In this document: positions 50,996 to 60,578 of the stretch, piece after piece
How positions within the stretch are numbered: position 1 is the stretch's first letter
Layout: each line of letters opens with the position of its first letter
Assembly: GCA_020353515.1 (NCBI GenBank)
Contig: CP070695.1
Span: 441,173-505,172 of the forward strand
Origin: Candidatus Heimdallarchaeota archaeon
Lineage (GTDB): Archaea > Asgardarchaeota > Heimdallarchaeia > Hodarchaeales > Hodarchaeaceae
Reading direction: 5' to 3'
Length of the DNA stretch: 64,000 bases
Program-made: the position numbers and the translations under genes
The notes under the pieces: model-generated
What the model saw: the letters and a program-made list of their open reading frames with translations, nothing else
The model's database searches: none
What the model was told of the DNA's origin: nothing

Positions 50996-51763
50996 TTACT
51001 TTTCTTGAGCATTCTCATGTAAAGTGGAAATCAAGGATCGAATTGTGTCATCTACTCCTTCTCCAGTCTTCATCGAGGTTTCATAATATAAATATTCTTC
51101 TGTTGCACCAATCATATGACGAACGCTTTCAAGGCCAATATAACATCCACGTTCAATTAGGTCTTTTTTATTTAAAAGAATGAAAATTGGTATCCTGATT
51201 TGACCATCACTAGCTCTATATTCCTCTTCCCGAGTTAATTCTAGAAAATATGAGACTTTTTCGATGCTAGCCATATTGGTACCATCAGCTAGCACAATCA
51301 CAGCATCTGCGCCTCTCATTGTAATTTGAGGCATGAAATCAAATCGTTCTTGACCGGCATTATCAAAGAAAACAAACTGCCAAATCTCTTCAATATCGTC
51401 ACGAAGGAGTAATTCATCTACTTTTTTGACTGGGTGAAACTCGATCGAGTTGAAGAGAGTGCGTACAAGTAATATCCCAACTGTATTTAGGGAAACAGTA
51501 GTGGTAGATTCCTCTCTTTTCTTACCAATTCGAAACCAGGTATGGGTTGCATCCACCACATTCTCAGTTTTAGCACGGCGTTGAGATTCTGTAGTGGGTT
51601 TAAAAAGATCACCGAGTAGGCATCGTAAGAACTCTGTTTTCCCAGCTCCTGTTGAGCCGACAATATTGATCTTATAGACTCCCCTAAAACCTTGTGGTAG
51701 GGCTTGTTTCAAAACCCGAGTAACTCGTCCTGTTGCTCTAATAGTCATTAATAGCTTCTCCAC
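50996..51763 (-). CDS. Ras-superfamily small GTPase with a long switch-region insertion
   Basis: GSTGAGKT, DNAGQERF, NKKD, TSMK. Confidence 0.9.
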   Translation of the reverse strand: MEKLLMTIRATGRVTRVLKQALPQGFRGVYKINIVGSTGAGKTEFLRCLLGDLFKPTTESQRRAKTENVVDATHTWFRIGKKREESTTTVSLNTVGILLVRTLFNSIEFHPVKKVDELLLRDDIEEIWQFVFFDNAGQERFDFMPQITMRGADAVIVLADGTNMASIEKVSYFLELTREEEYRASDGQIRIPIFILLNKKDLIERGCYIGLESVRHMIGATEEYLYYETSMKTGEGVDDTIRSLISTLHENAQEK

Positions 51764-51846
51764 TATTCATACAATTGAGCTTATCTGGTAACACATTAAA
51801 GATAGTTTGATATTGTTAAACAAAGCGTTTTTAATATATTTTACTA

Positions 51847-52716
51847 GTGAAATTGTCAGCACTACCAAGTAGAAAATTATTCTTGAAGGAAACAAAATTA
51901 AAAGTTAGGGTGACAACTATCATGGCTCCAACTGGTGTTCATGGTTTATTAGGATTATTAATCGCTAGTAAACTAGACCGAAAACATAGCTATACCAGAA
52001 TGGGGCTGGTGACTGGTTCTGTTATGCCTGATCTAGACCTTCTTGGTAGTGTTTTAATATTCATAATGACTGCGGATACAGAGTTAACTTTAGCATTCCA
52101 TCGTTCAGTAACCCATAGCCTTATTGTGATTGGATTGATTCTTCTTATTGGTTTTCTTGGTAACCTCAAGTATGAATCAGTTAGTTCAATTTATTTCCCA
52201 TTTATTCTTGGATTCGTTGTAGGAGTGTTGTTACATATTACCCTAGATTTAATTTATTTTGATGGAGTTACGCTTTTTTGGCCTCTCCAACCTCTTGATG
52301 ATCGAATCTATATCCTTCCATTCACCTACAACGATCTTTCTCCTAATTATAATTCTTTGTCTGCAAAAATCATAGGTACAATTGATGGACATGCTGAACT
52401 CTTATTTTATATCGTATTTGCATATCTAGCAAATAGATACCATACTAATCAAGAGATTACTTTGGGGTGGTCTTCTAGGAGGTTCAAGATCTATAATTGG
52501 CCAAAAAAATTAACTTGGTTCTCAATTTTCTTAATCTTTGAGATGTTATTCTTCCTAGGTTTAGCTATTTTTTCGATCACATGGCCTAGTCTTGACCGAG
52601 ATGCTTTTTTTATTCTTCTCTATATCCCTCTTACCCCTGTATATCTCTTGAGTGGTTTACTCCCCCTAATAATGCGCGAGACAATCTTTCATCTTGGAAC
52701 TGATAAAGGTCAATAG
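51847..52716 (+). CDS. Membrane metal-dependent hydrolase (YdjM-like), likely starting at MAPTGVH
   Basis: H, PDLD, HRSVTHS, HITLD. Confidence 0.88.
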   Translation: MKLSALPSRKLFLKETKLKVRVTTIMAPTGVHGLLGLLIASKLDRKHSYTRMGLVTGSVMPDLDLLGSVLIFIMTADTELTLAFHRSVTHSLIVIGLILLIGFLGNLKYESVSSIYFPFILGFVVGVLLHITLDLIYFDGVTLFWPLQPLDDRIYILPFTYNDLSPNYNSLSAKIIGTIDGHAELLFYIVFAYLANRYHTNQEITLGWSSRRFKIYNWPKKLTWFSIFLIFEMLFFLGLAIFSITWPSLDRDAFFILLYIPLTPVYLLSGLLPLIMRETIFHLGTDKGQ

Positions 52717-52988
52717 CGAACAATATGTACTGAACAGGTGTCGATACGATTATATTCATTACTTAGTAATTGTAGAGAGAATAAAAGGATTGATTAAAAA
52801 TTACTCAAAAAAGACCTTAAGATAATATGTAAGTGATGTCCTTAGAAAGCTCTATAATTGGAGAGAAAGTAATAGTTACCTTTTTAATGTAATCTACAAT
52901 TGTTATAGTAATGCTTGGATACTGTTCTAAATCAAATATTAAATCCTGATTCGAATATTATTTAATTTTACATTAAGAGGCAAAATAC

Positions 52989-53573
52989 ATGAGTATGAGG
53001 GAATATAAAGACCAAGTGAGGAATATACGCAAGTCATCACTCGCCTTAATACTTGCCTCGAATAAAATTCAGAGAATACTTTCTCATTTCAATTTACCTC
53101 CGATTTCATACCAAGAGAAAGTTCTACGGGCAAAAAAAAATCTTAATATCATTTATCTTACTTCCACTCAAAGAGGGATCATTGAAGAAATTTCCAAGGA
53201 GATGTCTTCGCTTCTTCCTTTTCATGATTTTGTAATTAGAGGCTTTCTTTGGCGCTCAATTAGACAGTGGCAACGAAAACATAACCAACCTATCATATTA
53301 GTTGCTGGAATGGATCGAGTAAGGCAGTTCAGGGTAGGAATAGAGATATTAAACTTCACAAGACAATATTTAAATCGAGCAATGTATGTTCCAAATAAAA
53401 AGCTGAAAAAACGGTTTCTAAATGATGTCTTTCGAAAAATAAGTGAATATTATGAGGAACTCCTCGCAGTACGAGCATTTATTAATGATCCTGACAATGA
53501 AGAGATATTACTGGATTATGAGATAGAAACATGGTTAGAAAATAATGCTGCCCTGTTTCCTCTCAAGAAATAA
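52989..53573 (+). CDS. Hypothetical basic, helical protein
   Basis: 194-aa ORF with GAGG upstream. Confidence 0.7.
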   Translation: MSMREYKDQVRNIRKSSLALILASNKIQRILSHFNLPPISYQEKVLRAKKNLNIIYLTSTQRGIIEEISKEMSSLLPFHDFVIRGFLWRSIRQWQRKHNQPIILVAGMDRVRQFRVGIEILNFTRQYLNRAMYVPNKKLKKRFLNDVFRKISEYYEELLAVRAFINDPDNEEILLDYEIETWLENNAALFPLKK

Positions 53574-53643
53574 CATTCTTTCTTTATTAATGACTTATTT
53601 TCGCTTTTAATAAATCCATGAAAGACATTAAAGAACAAATTAG

Positions 53644-54936
53644 ATGTGCTTCTTTGAACATACAATGAATCTTTATACAAGGAGAGATATCCTCAACACA
53701 ATAAAATCATTGAATTACAATGTGAAACTAGTATTTACGTTTAGTATCCTCCAGTCAATCGGCCGTGGCATTTGGATGGGAAATATTCTTAGTTCATACA
53801 TTTTTCTCATTGCTAACGAATCAAATGAACTGCTAGGACTAACGTCAGCTATCACAGGTTTAGCAATGACAATGACTGTTCTACCTGCAGGATACTTCTC
53901 TGACCGTTTCCCCCGAGATAGGATCCTAAGGGGAGCCTCCATAGTAGGGTTTATCGGACTTGTTTGTGCGCTTTTAGCTACTGATATTATAATGATCTTT
54001 GTTGCTTTACTCTTTTGGGGATTATTTCAAGGAATGAATAGGCCTAGTTTAGAAGCCATCTTTGCAGATAGTGTAGAATCAGGTAATAGATCTAGAATCT
54101 ATGCCTGGAACCATTTATCAAGACAGATAGCAATGGCAAGTGGGCCATTTGTAAATATAATACTCTTTTTATTTTTAGGAGACGTTTGGGAAATTCAAAT
54201 ACTAAAAATAGTCATGATTTCTGGTCTACTAATTTCTATGTCATCACTAGCTGTGATGAATCTTTTCGATGACAAAAAAAGTCTGGGAAAGGCAAGTGAA
54301 CATTTAGATATTGTACCTACATCAGAATTTAACTCTAATGATGACAATAACATGTTTCGCGGGAGTCTTCTAATTACGATAATTTTATTGATTTCTAACT
54401 TGATCATCGGATTTGGAGCAGGTATGACAATCAAGTTTTTTCCAATTTTTTTCATGAAACAATATAATTTGACTCCCATCCCTGTCCAACTAATAATGGG
54501 GACTACTTCAATAATAACAGGATTTACAAGCATATTCGCTCAAAGATCCTCTCTAAAAAGAGGAAGAGCGGAGATGATATTTATTGTTCAAGGAATAGCA
54601 ACAGTTTGTTTGTTTGTAATTTCCTTTTATCCCCCAATAATCATACTTGTACCAATCTTTCTTGCCAGAGGGTCTCTTATGAACGCATCACAACCTCTTA
54701 GTCGTTCTATTTTGATGGATGTAGTTCCAAAAAGAAATAGAGGAAAAGTAAATTCTTTACAGGCCCTTGCTTGGGGAATGTTTTGGAATTTCTCTGCTGC
54801 TATTGGAGGGTTTCTGATAGGACCAAGTAATAATTTTAGATCGTGCTTTATAGTTACAACAAGTCTTTATGTTATAGGTACCCTTCTGATTCTCGTTATA
54901 ATCCCGTTTGTTGCAAAAGAAAAACATGCAACCTAA
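53644..54936 (+). CDS. MFS transporter
   Basis: GYFSDRFPR motif A; 12 TM. Confidence 0.92.
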   Translation: MCFFEHTMNLYTRRDILNTIKSLNYNVKLVFTFSILQSIGRGIWMGNILSSYIFLIANESNELLGLTSAITGLAMTMTVLPAGYFSDRFPRDRILRGASIVGFIGLVCALLATDIIMIFVALLFWGLFQGMNRPSLEAIFADSVESGNRSRIYAWNHLSRQIAMASGPFVNIILFLFLGDVWEIQILKIVMISGLLISMSSLAVMNLFDDKKSLGKASEHLDIVPTSEFNSNDDNNMFRGSLLITIILLISNLIIGFGAGMTIKFFPIFFMKQYNLTPIPVQLIMGTTSIITGFTSIFAQRSSLKRGRAEMIFIVQGIATVCLFVISFYPPIIILVPIFLARGSLMNASQPLSRSILMDVVPKRNRGKVNSLQALAWGMFWNFSAAIGGFLIGPSNNFRSCFIVTTSLYVIGTLLILVIIPFVAKEKHAT

Positions 54937-54955
54937 TATTTCTTTATTTTTTCCT

Positions 54956-55774
54956 CTATTTTTGATGTGCTAAGCGCCATTTGATCACATCAACATATTT
55001 TGGGTTTATTTCACACGCTACATATGATAATGAATGATTTAAAGCAGAAACCAGAGTAGTTCCTGCTCCTGCAAACCAATCTGCAATAATGTCTCCAGGT
55101 TGAGCTGTAATTTCAATACATCGATCAATTAAACGGAGAGGTTTTTGGGATTTAATCCAATAAGATGGATCAGGATATGCCTCTCGGTAAGCCAATTCAT
55201 CTTTCCCTTTATTATTAGGAATATCCCAAACTGATCGGAGTTGTTTATTCGCTTCTTTTAACCTGTCGAAAGAATAGCTTAATTTTTTTATAGTATTATA
55301 ATTATAATTCCATAGATCACTTTTACCTATCCATAGAATATTTTCATGAGACGCAGTGAGGCATTTTTGGGATAAATTGGGGAATGCGTTCCTTTTAAAC
55401 CATATTATCTCATTTATAATATTGAAATTTGCAGAAAGCGCAAAATAATTAATAATACCAATATTGTGATAGGTACCACAAATAAACATGGTTCCTGTTT
55501 GTTTTAAAACACGATAACTTTCCTGCAGCATTTTTTTAATTAAAATACAATAATCATCAAACGAAAAAGTATCCCATTCTTCATTTATTATCTGCCAATC
55601 CCCCCCAAATCCTTCTTGTTTCTTGATATTTTTCATAGATAAAGGTTTTTTACTGCCTGATGATATTGCATAAGGGGGATCCGTTATAATAAGATCGATG
55701 GATTCATCAGGAAGCAATGGAAGGAATTTTAAACAATCTTCGTTGATGATTGAATTAATGGGGATATTTTTCAT
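54956..55774 (-). CDS. Beta-class DNA methyltransferase
   Basis: ITDPPY, IIWFKRNAFPN, QKP, WFAGAGTT. Confidence 0.9.
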   Translation of the reverse strand: MKNIPINSIINEDCLKFLPLLPDESIDLIITDPPYAISSGSKKPLSMKNIKKQEGFGGDWQIINEEWDTFSFDDYCILIKKMLQESYRVLKQTGTMFICGTYHNIGIINYFALSANFNIINEIIWFKRNAFPNLSQKCLTASHENILWIGKSDLWNYNYNTIKKLSYSFDRLKEANKQLRSVWDIPNNKGKDELAYREAYPDPSYWIKSQKPLRLIDRCIEITAQPGDIIADWFAGAGTTLVSALNHSLSYVACEINPKYVDVIKWRLAHQK

Positions 55775-55926
55775 ATCTATTTCATTAGCAAATATTTTCT
55801 TAAATTATTATTTTTTTTTTCTTAATCGTTCAAAAAACTAATTAGCAAGAAAAAAACTGAGCTAGCTGAAGTTTTTTGACTTTTTAGTACACAATATTGA
55901 TTGTATTGCCTATCTCTACCGAATAA

Positions 55927-56379
55927 ATGAGAATATTTACCATGATAAATCCTGAAGCTAAGAATTTTGATGTGAAAGCAACAGCTATATGGGAAGAGGA
56001 AAAAAGAGGGCATTTTGTTACTACTGAATGGAAAACGCCTCTCCCGTTTAGTTGTCCCTCTTCATTCGGAGGAATAGATCTTCCTTCTCCCGAAGATTTA
56101 TTCCTCGCGTCTGTTGCTACTTGCACATTAGCTACAATTCTTCAAATATGTGATAGATTACATACGAAGCCAGAATCCCTAAGTGTTGCCACAACTTCTA
56201 CAGTTCAGTTTAATGAATCAAAAAGCGATTATGAATTCTCTTCAATCAAGTGTATAATAAATATCAGTGGTGATAAGTTTCTCTTAGAACGAGCATGTGA
56301 TCTTATACACAAATATTGCCTTATAGGAAAGAATATCAAACCAACGATCACCTACGACATAAACATCGATCAAGTGTAA
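55927..56379 (+). CDS. OsmC/Ohr-family protein
   Basis: FGG...SPEDLFLASVATC ... KYCLI. Confidence 0.9.
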   Translation: MRIFTMINPEAKNFDVKATAIWEEEKRGHFVTTEWKTPLPFSCPSSFGGIDLPSPEDLFLASVATCTLATILQICDRLHTKPESLSVATTSTVQFNESKSDYEFSSIKCIINISGDKFLLERACDLIHKYCLIGKNIKPTITYDINIDQV

Positions 56380-56493
56380 GGTTGATACAGTTGAACTCCT
56401 GCATTCTATTAGATGGGACATTAATCTTGCACTCTTTTTGATTTTATATTCCCAGTTCTAAAGGATTTTATATTATGATTTTTACAATAATGA

Positions 56494-57411
56494 TTGATTA
56501 ACGTGAAAATAAAGTCAAATCTCTTTAAAAGAGTTAAGTTCTGCTATAGTTTGTTGCTAATCCTCCTTTTCCTAGGGGTCAACTGGTCTAGTGCCTCCAG
56601 CAACCTCTCTGAAGTCCAACCTGATGATTCCTGGGACTTTGAAATACAAAAAGCCTATATGGTCTTCACCTATTCTCCAGGACCTTTTAATTTTAGATCC
56701 TCAACCCAAGGCTATCGGCTAGGAAACACCATTGTTCCTGTACAGGAAGAAATTGCTGTGACAGTGATTTCCATTGAAACAAGTCCTCAACCCACTATTA
56801 TTTACCAGATTACTTGGAAAAATACGTCGGTGGTGGTTAATACATCCTCTTTATTGGTTGAAAATGGACTCCAAGAATCACTAGGTCGTGGAGTGCTGGG
56901 TTCTGGTTTTGATTTCTTATTTAGTGATTCAGGGGTCACTGTAGGAGATTGGGTTTTTATAGTGCCTATTGATAAATTATCGTCTTCTCCTATACACGTC
57001 TGGAACCAATCAACTTTACCAGGTGCAATAGAAGGAATGGAGACAATTCTAGATTTAGGAGATGAGGAGAATGAGAAGGATTATCACATGTGGATAAAGT
57101 ATGAGGGGAAAATGGACAACGACAGCTTAGAGATAAATTTTCAATTCACCTTTGAAACATCGTTTCGTTGGGAAAAGAACACAGGTGTACTTTTAGCTTA
57201 TGAAATATTTGCTTCTATGGAGGGCGAATACCAAAGTTACGCTGCTAATTTCAATCTTGAGTTAAAGCTAGAACGGACAGATAATGCTGAATTTTTTGGG
57301 AATAATGTTTCTGGATTTGATCTACTCATCCTGATGACTGGATTTATGATGATAATTTTCATTAGAAAATTCCTTCGTTATTCCAAATTTAAAACTTTCA
57401 AGCAAGGATGA
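56494..57411 (+). CDS. Secreted surface protein with PGF-like C-terminal sorting signal
   Basis: Signal peptide; W..NTGVLL; C-terminal VSGF + TM + IRKFLR. Confidence 0.8.
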   Translation: MINVKIKSNLFKRVKFCYSLLLILLFLGVNWSSASSNLSEVQPDDSWDFEIQKAYMVFTYSPGPFNFRSSTQGYRLGNTIVPVQEEIAVTVISIETSPQPTIIYQITWKNTSVVVNTSSLLVENGLQESLGRGVLGSGFDFLFSDSGVTVGDWVFIVPIDKLSSSPIHVWNQSTLPGAIEGMETILDLGDEENEKDYHMWIKYEGKMDNDSLEINFQFTFETSFRWEKNTGVLLAYEIFASMEGEYQSYAANFNLELKLERTDNAEFFGNNVSGFDLLILMTGFMMIIFIRKFLRYSKFKTFKQG

Positions 57412-57513
57412 CTTAAGTGACAACTAAGGAAAAATCAAAGTAGTACAAGTCCCAATATTTTATTTTTATTGGTTTCGCCTTAAGGTATTACATTTCCTTC
57501 TTGATTATTTCTC

Positions 57514-57576
57514 TGTAAAAAATATTTGATTTGATGTAAAAAGTATTTTACTGGATGTAAAAAAGTTTTGACACTT
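57514..57576. promoter_or_regulatory. Three 21-bp-phased operator repeats (GTAAA-N6-TTTAC-like)
   Basis: TGTAAAAA at 57514, 57535 and 57556. Confidence 0.7.
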
Positions 57577-57682
57577 TATTCCGAACTGTTCGAGTCTATA
57601 GATTTATATCAATATCAGGATCCCTTATCAAACGGATTTTACGCTAATATACAGACAGTTGATACAATAAGGGTGTGTAAAA

Positions 57683-57940
57683 ATGTATATGGATCTCATA
57701 GATTTCCAAAATATGATTTGGGTAATATTACCTTTACTGGTCATCCAACTATCTTTGATGATCATTGCTCTAAGGGATTGGTATGAAAACCGGATGATAT
57801 TAAGTCAAAATCGGAGCATATGGCTTATAATAATTCTTTTTTTTAGTATGATAGGGCCAATCATCTACCTATTATTTAGTCAAAGATTAATCAAGAAAAA
57901 TACACTTGTAGATAAAAGTATGGATGATTGGAGCGTGTAA
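57683..57940 (+). CDS. PLDc_N-domain small membrane protein
   Basis: ALRD...IWLIIILFFSMIGPIIYL. Confidence 0.88.
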   Translation: MYMDLIDFQNMIWVILPLLVIQLSLMIIALRDWYENRMILSQNRSIWLIIILFFSMIGPIIYLLFSQRLIKKNTLVDKSMDDWSV

Positions 57941-58872
57941 TCATTTCAGCCATTGAAATCCAAGATTTATCTAAGAATTATGGTTCAATACGAGCATTAG
58001 ATTCTATTCAGATCAATGTAACTACTGGATCAATTTATGGATACTTAGGGCCCAACGGAGCTGGAAAAACAACAACGATGAAAATTCTAGTAGGACTTCT
58101 TCATTATCAATCAGGATCCGTCAAAATATTTGGTCAAGAAGTCAAGAAAGCCCCAAATGAGATACGGAATTATGTGGGATTCCTTCCAGATGCTGAATTG
58201 CCCCAAAATAGTTCTATTGAAAGATTCCTTACTTTAACTGCAAAAATGAATAATCTAACAGGAAGAAAGAATTGCATTTCAGAAGTTTTGAATAAATTGG
58301 GCCTTTCGAAACTTAGAAATCGGAAAATTAGTAATTTATCAAGAGGACAAAAACAAAGAGTAGGACTTGCAAACGCTTTATTGACTGATCCCCCATTATT
58401 GATTCTTGATGAACCCAATAGGGGGCTAGATCCAATAGCTCGGATGAAAGTCCTTGCTCTTTTAAAGAATTTAGCTAAAGAAGGAATAACTATATTTTTA
58501 TCGTCCCATATAATTGGAGAAATAGAAAAAATTGCTACTGATATAGCAATAATTCATCAAGGAAAAATAATTGAGCAAGGTAAAAGATCAGAGCTACAAG
58601 GACAGATTTTAGAGCATAAAAGATATCTTATCACTGGAGAATTGGATATAAAGAAAGTAGCTAATTTTAATTATATTTCATCCTGTAAAATCGATTGTCT
58701 TGGACGATACAATATTGTTGCGTCTGGAAATGTAACTGAAGAACAATTATTGTTGGATTTAATCCAGGAAGCTAATTCTCGTATTAAATCCTTTTCCTCT
58801 GCGGAAACTAGCTTGGAAGATTTGTTTCTGGGAAGTATTAATGAGAAAATCAAGGAAGGTGTTGTGATATGA
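57928..58872 (+). CDS. ABC transporter ATP-binding protein
   Basis: GPNGAGKT, LSRGQKQR, LDEP, SSH. Confidence 0.95.
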   Translation: MERVIISAIEIQDLSKNYGSIRALDSIQINVTTGSIYGYLGPNGAGKTTTMKILVGLLHYQSGSVKIFGQEVKKAPNEIRNYVGFLPDAELPQNSSIERFLTLTAKMNNLTGRKNCISEVLNKLGLSKLRNRKISNLSRGQKQRVGLANALLTDPPLLILDEPNRGLDPIARMKVLALLKNLAKEGITIFLSSHIIGEIEKIATDIAIIHQGKIIEQGKRSELQGQILEHKRYLITGELDIKKVANFNYISSCKIDCLGRYNIVASGNVTEEQLLLDLIQEANSRIKSFSSAETSLEDLFLGSINEKIKEGVVI

Positions 58873-59624
58873 ATATCAACGTATTTTTCATTCAATTGAA
58901 AAGCAGTTTGTGGGATGAACGATACAAATTCATGATACTGCTGATTATATTTGTTTTTCAAGTTCTTTCGAGTATTATTTCAATTTTTTATATGGAAGAA
59001 TTACTCGCTCTTTTTGAATTCGATTTTATAAATCCAATACCTCCTACAGGGGAAGCTGCATTTCAAGATTTCTTTGGAGACCAATTTTTCTTTGGTATAA
59101 TCATAATGACACTAGGTACTATGACTATATTTGCCAGTGATATTGAGAATGGTTCAATTAGTTTCTCGCTTTCAAGACCAATTAGTCGAACTCATTATGC
59201 TTCCGCAAAAATGATCGCTAGAATCAGCGCTCTCGTTACCCCTTTCATTATCGCCTCTTTGGTGGGATGGGTATATATGGGAATTACTTTTGAAATATTT
59301 CCTTTTGAAAGGTTTTTATGGGCCCTTCTTCCTTTAGGATTATTTTTCATCTACTTGGGGGTAACAACAAGCGCTTTAAGTACGCGAACTTCAACATTAA
59401 CAGCTGGGTTGGTTGCAATTGGAATTTTTATTATTCAGTTCACTATATCTGCTTTCGAACCACTTGAACTCCTCTCTCCATTTACTTTTTCGAATCTTTG
59501 GGTGGAAACATTAAGTAATTCCAACATCACCCAAGAGATAATAGCAAAAATTTGTCTACTTATAGGATGGATATTAATACCGACAGGATTAACACTATTT
59601 TCTTTTAAAACAAGAGATCTTTAA
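58869..59624 (+). CDS. ABC-2 permease
   Basis: DIENGSISFSLSRPISR; 6 TM. Confidence 0.9.
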   Translation: MNINVFFIQLKSSLWDERYKFMILLIIFVFQVLSSIISIFYMEELLALFEFDFINPIPPTGEAAFQDFFGDQFFFGIIIMTLGTMTIFASDIENGSISFSLSRPISRTHYASAKMIARISALVTPFIIASLVGWVYMGITFEIFPFERFLWALLPLGLFFIYLGVTTSALSTRTSTLTAGLVAIGIFIIQFTISAFEPLELLSPFTFSNLWVETLSNSNITQEIIAKICLLIGWILIPTGLTLFSFKTRDL

Positions 59625-59637
59625 GTAATGAAAAAGA

Positions 59638-60396
59638 TCATGTCTTACCATCTTCTTTCTTTCCCTTAAAAACTTCCATAAACTTCCCACCAAAAGAAAG
59701 ATACAGATAGATTAAAGATAGGAGGAGGCTAGTACTAACAAGGAGTATTCCGATAAGAAATCCATTTGAAAATGCTAAATCAAGATCCATTTCAGGGAAC
59801 ATAAGTAAAAATCCAATCAGATTTGTAAGAAATACTGCAAATAATAATAATCGATTTCCTGGAGCAAAATAAATCCAAAGAAAATTGTTTATTAAAAATA
59901 ATGACCAAATAACTCTAGTTCTGTATACAAACAAAAAAATACTAACTCCAGCTAGACTGAAAAAGAATAATCCAATTAGAAATGTTGGGGGAGAAGAAGT
60001 AAAGACCACACCTAAGAACAAGAAAAAGATCCACCAAGATCCCAAAACTGTTTCATATGGGGTTAATTGAGAAAAACCTAAATAGAGATCGGAGAAAGGA
60101 GAAGGTTTAGATTCACTTGCTAAATCCAAAAGAAGAGCGGATCGTTTTCCTAAATGAGTCAATGAATACTTCCCTTCTTGATCTTTTTCAACCATACGGG
60201 CTTTATTCAGTAACAAAAGATGATATGCGACGTTACTAGAAGCAGGTAGATTCAATAAATTAAGGAAAACAGAATATGCGATAGGTTCGCGTTTATTATG
60301 TAACATTCGCAGAATCTGTCTTCGAATTTCATGATTTAATGCTTTAAGAACGTCTGTAATGTCACCTTCTGTATTGTCCATTCTCACATTTTCCAT
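59638..60396 (-). CDS. ArsR-type HTH regulator fused to a multi-TM domain
   Basis: LKALNHEIRRQIL...VAYHL...YSLTHLG, then about 5 TMs. Confidence 0.85.
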   Translation of the reverse strand: MENVRMDNTEGDITDVLKALNHEIRRQILRMLHNKREPIAYSVFLNLLNLPASSNVAYHLLLLNKARMVEKDQEGKYSLTHLGKRSALLLDLASESKPSPFSDLYLGFSQLTPYETVLGSWWIFFLFLGVVFTSSPPTFLIGLFFFSLAGVSIFLFVYRTRVIWSLFLINNFLWIYFAPGNRLLLFAVFLTNLIGFLLMFPEMDLDLAFSNGFLIGILLVSTSLLLSLIYLYLSFGGKFMEVFKGKKEDGKT

Positions 60397-60578
60397 CTTA
60401 AGTGATTAGAAGTATTACTATATCACAAGTCCTTTGAAAGAATTTAGAGTTTTTTCACAATAATGAACTATTGTACTCAAATATTTTTCTTATATACTAA
60501 TTAAACCAAAAATTCTTTTTCACATAAGTTTTTTTTAACTCTGACTAGAACTCCACAATTTGACAAATTAAAGATAAT

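Noticed and set aside
57514-57576. Possible mini-CRISPR or iteron array
   Set aside because: Only three degenerate adjacent units, no spacers, no cas or rep genes; fits an operator better
57568-57786. 72-aa plus-strand ORF
   Set aside because: Overlaps the promoter and the better supported PLDc_N gene in another frame
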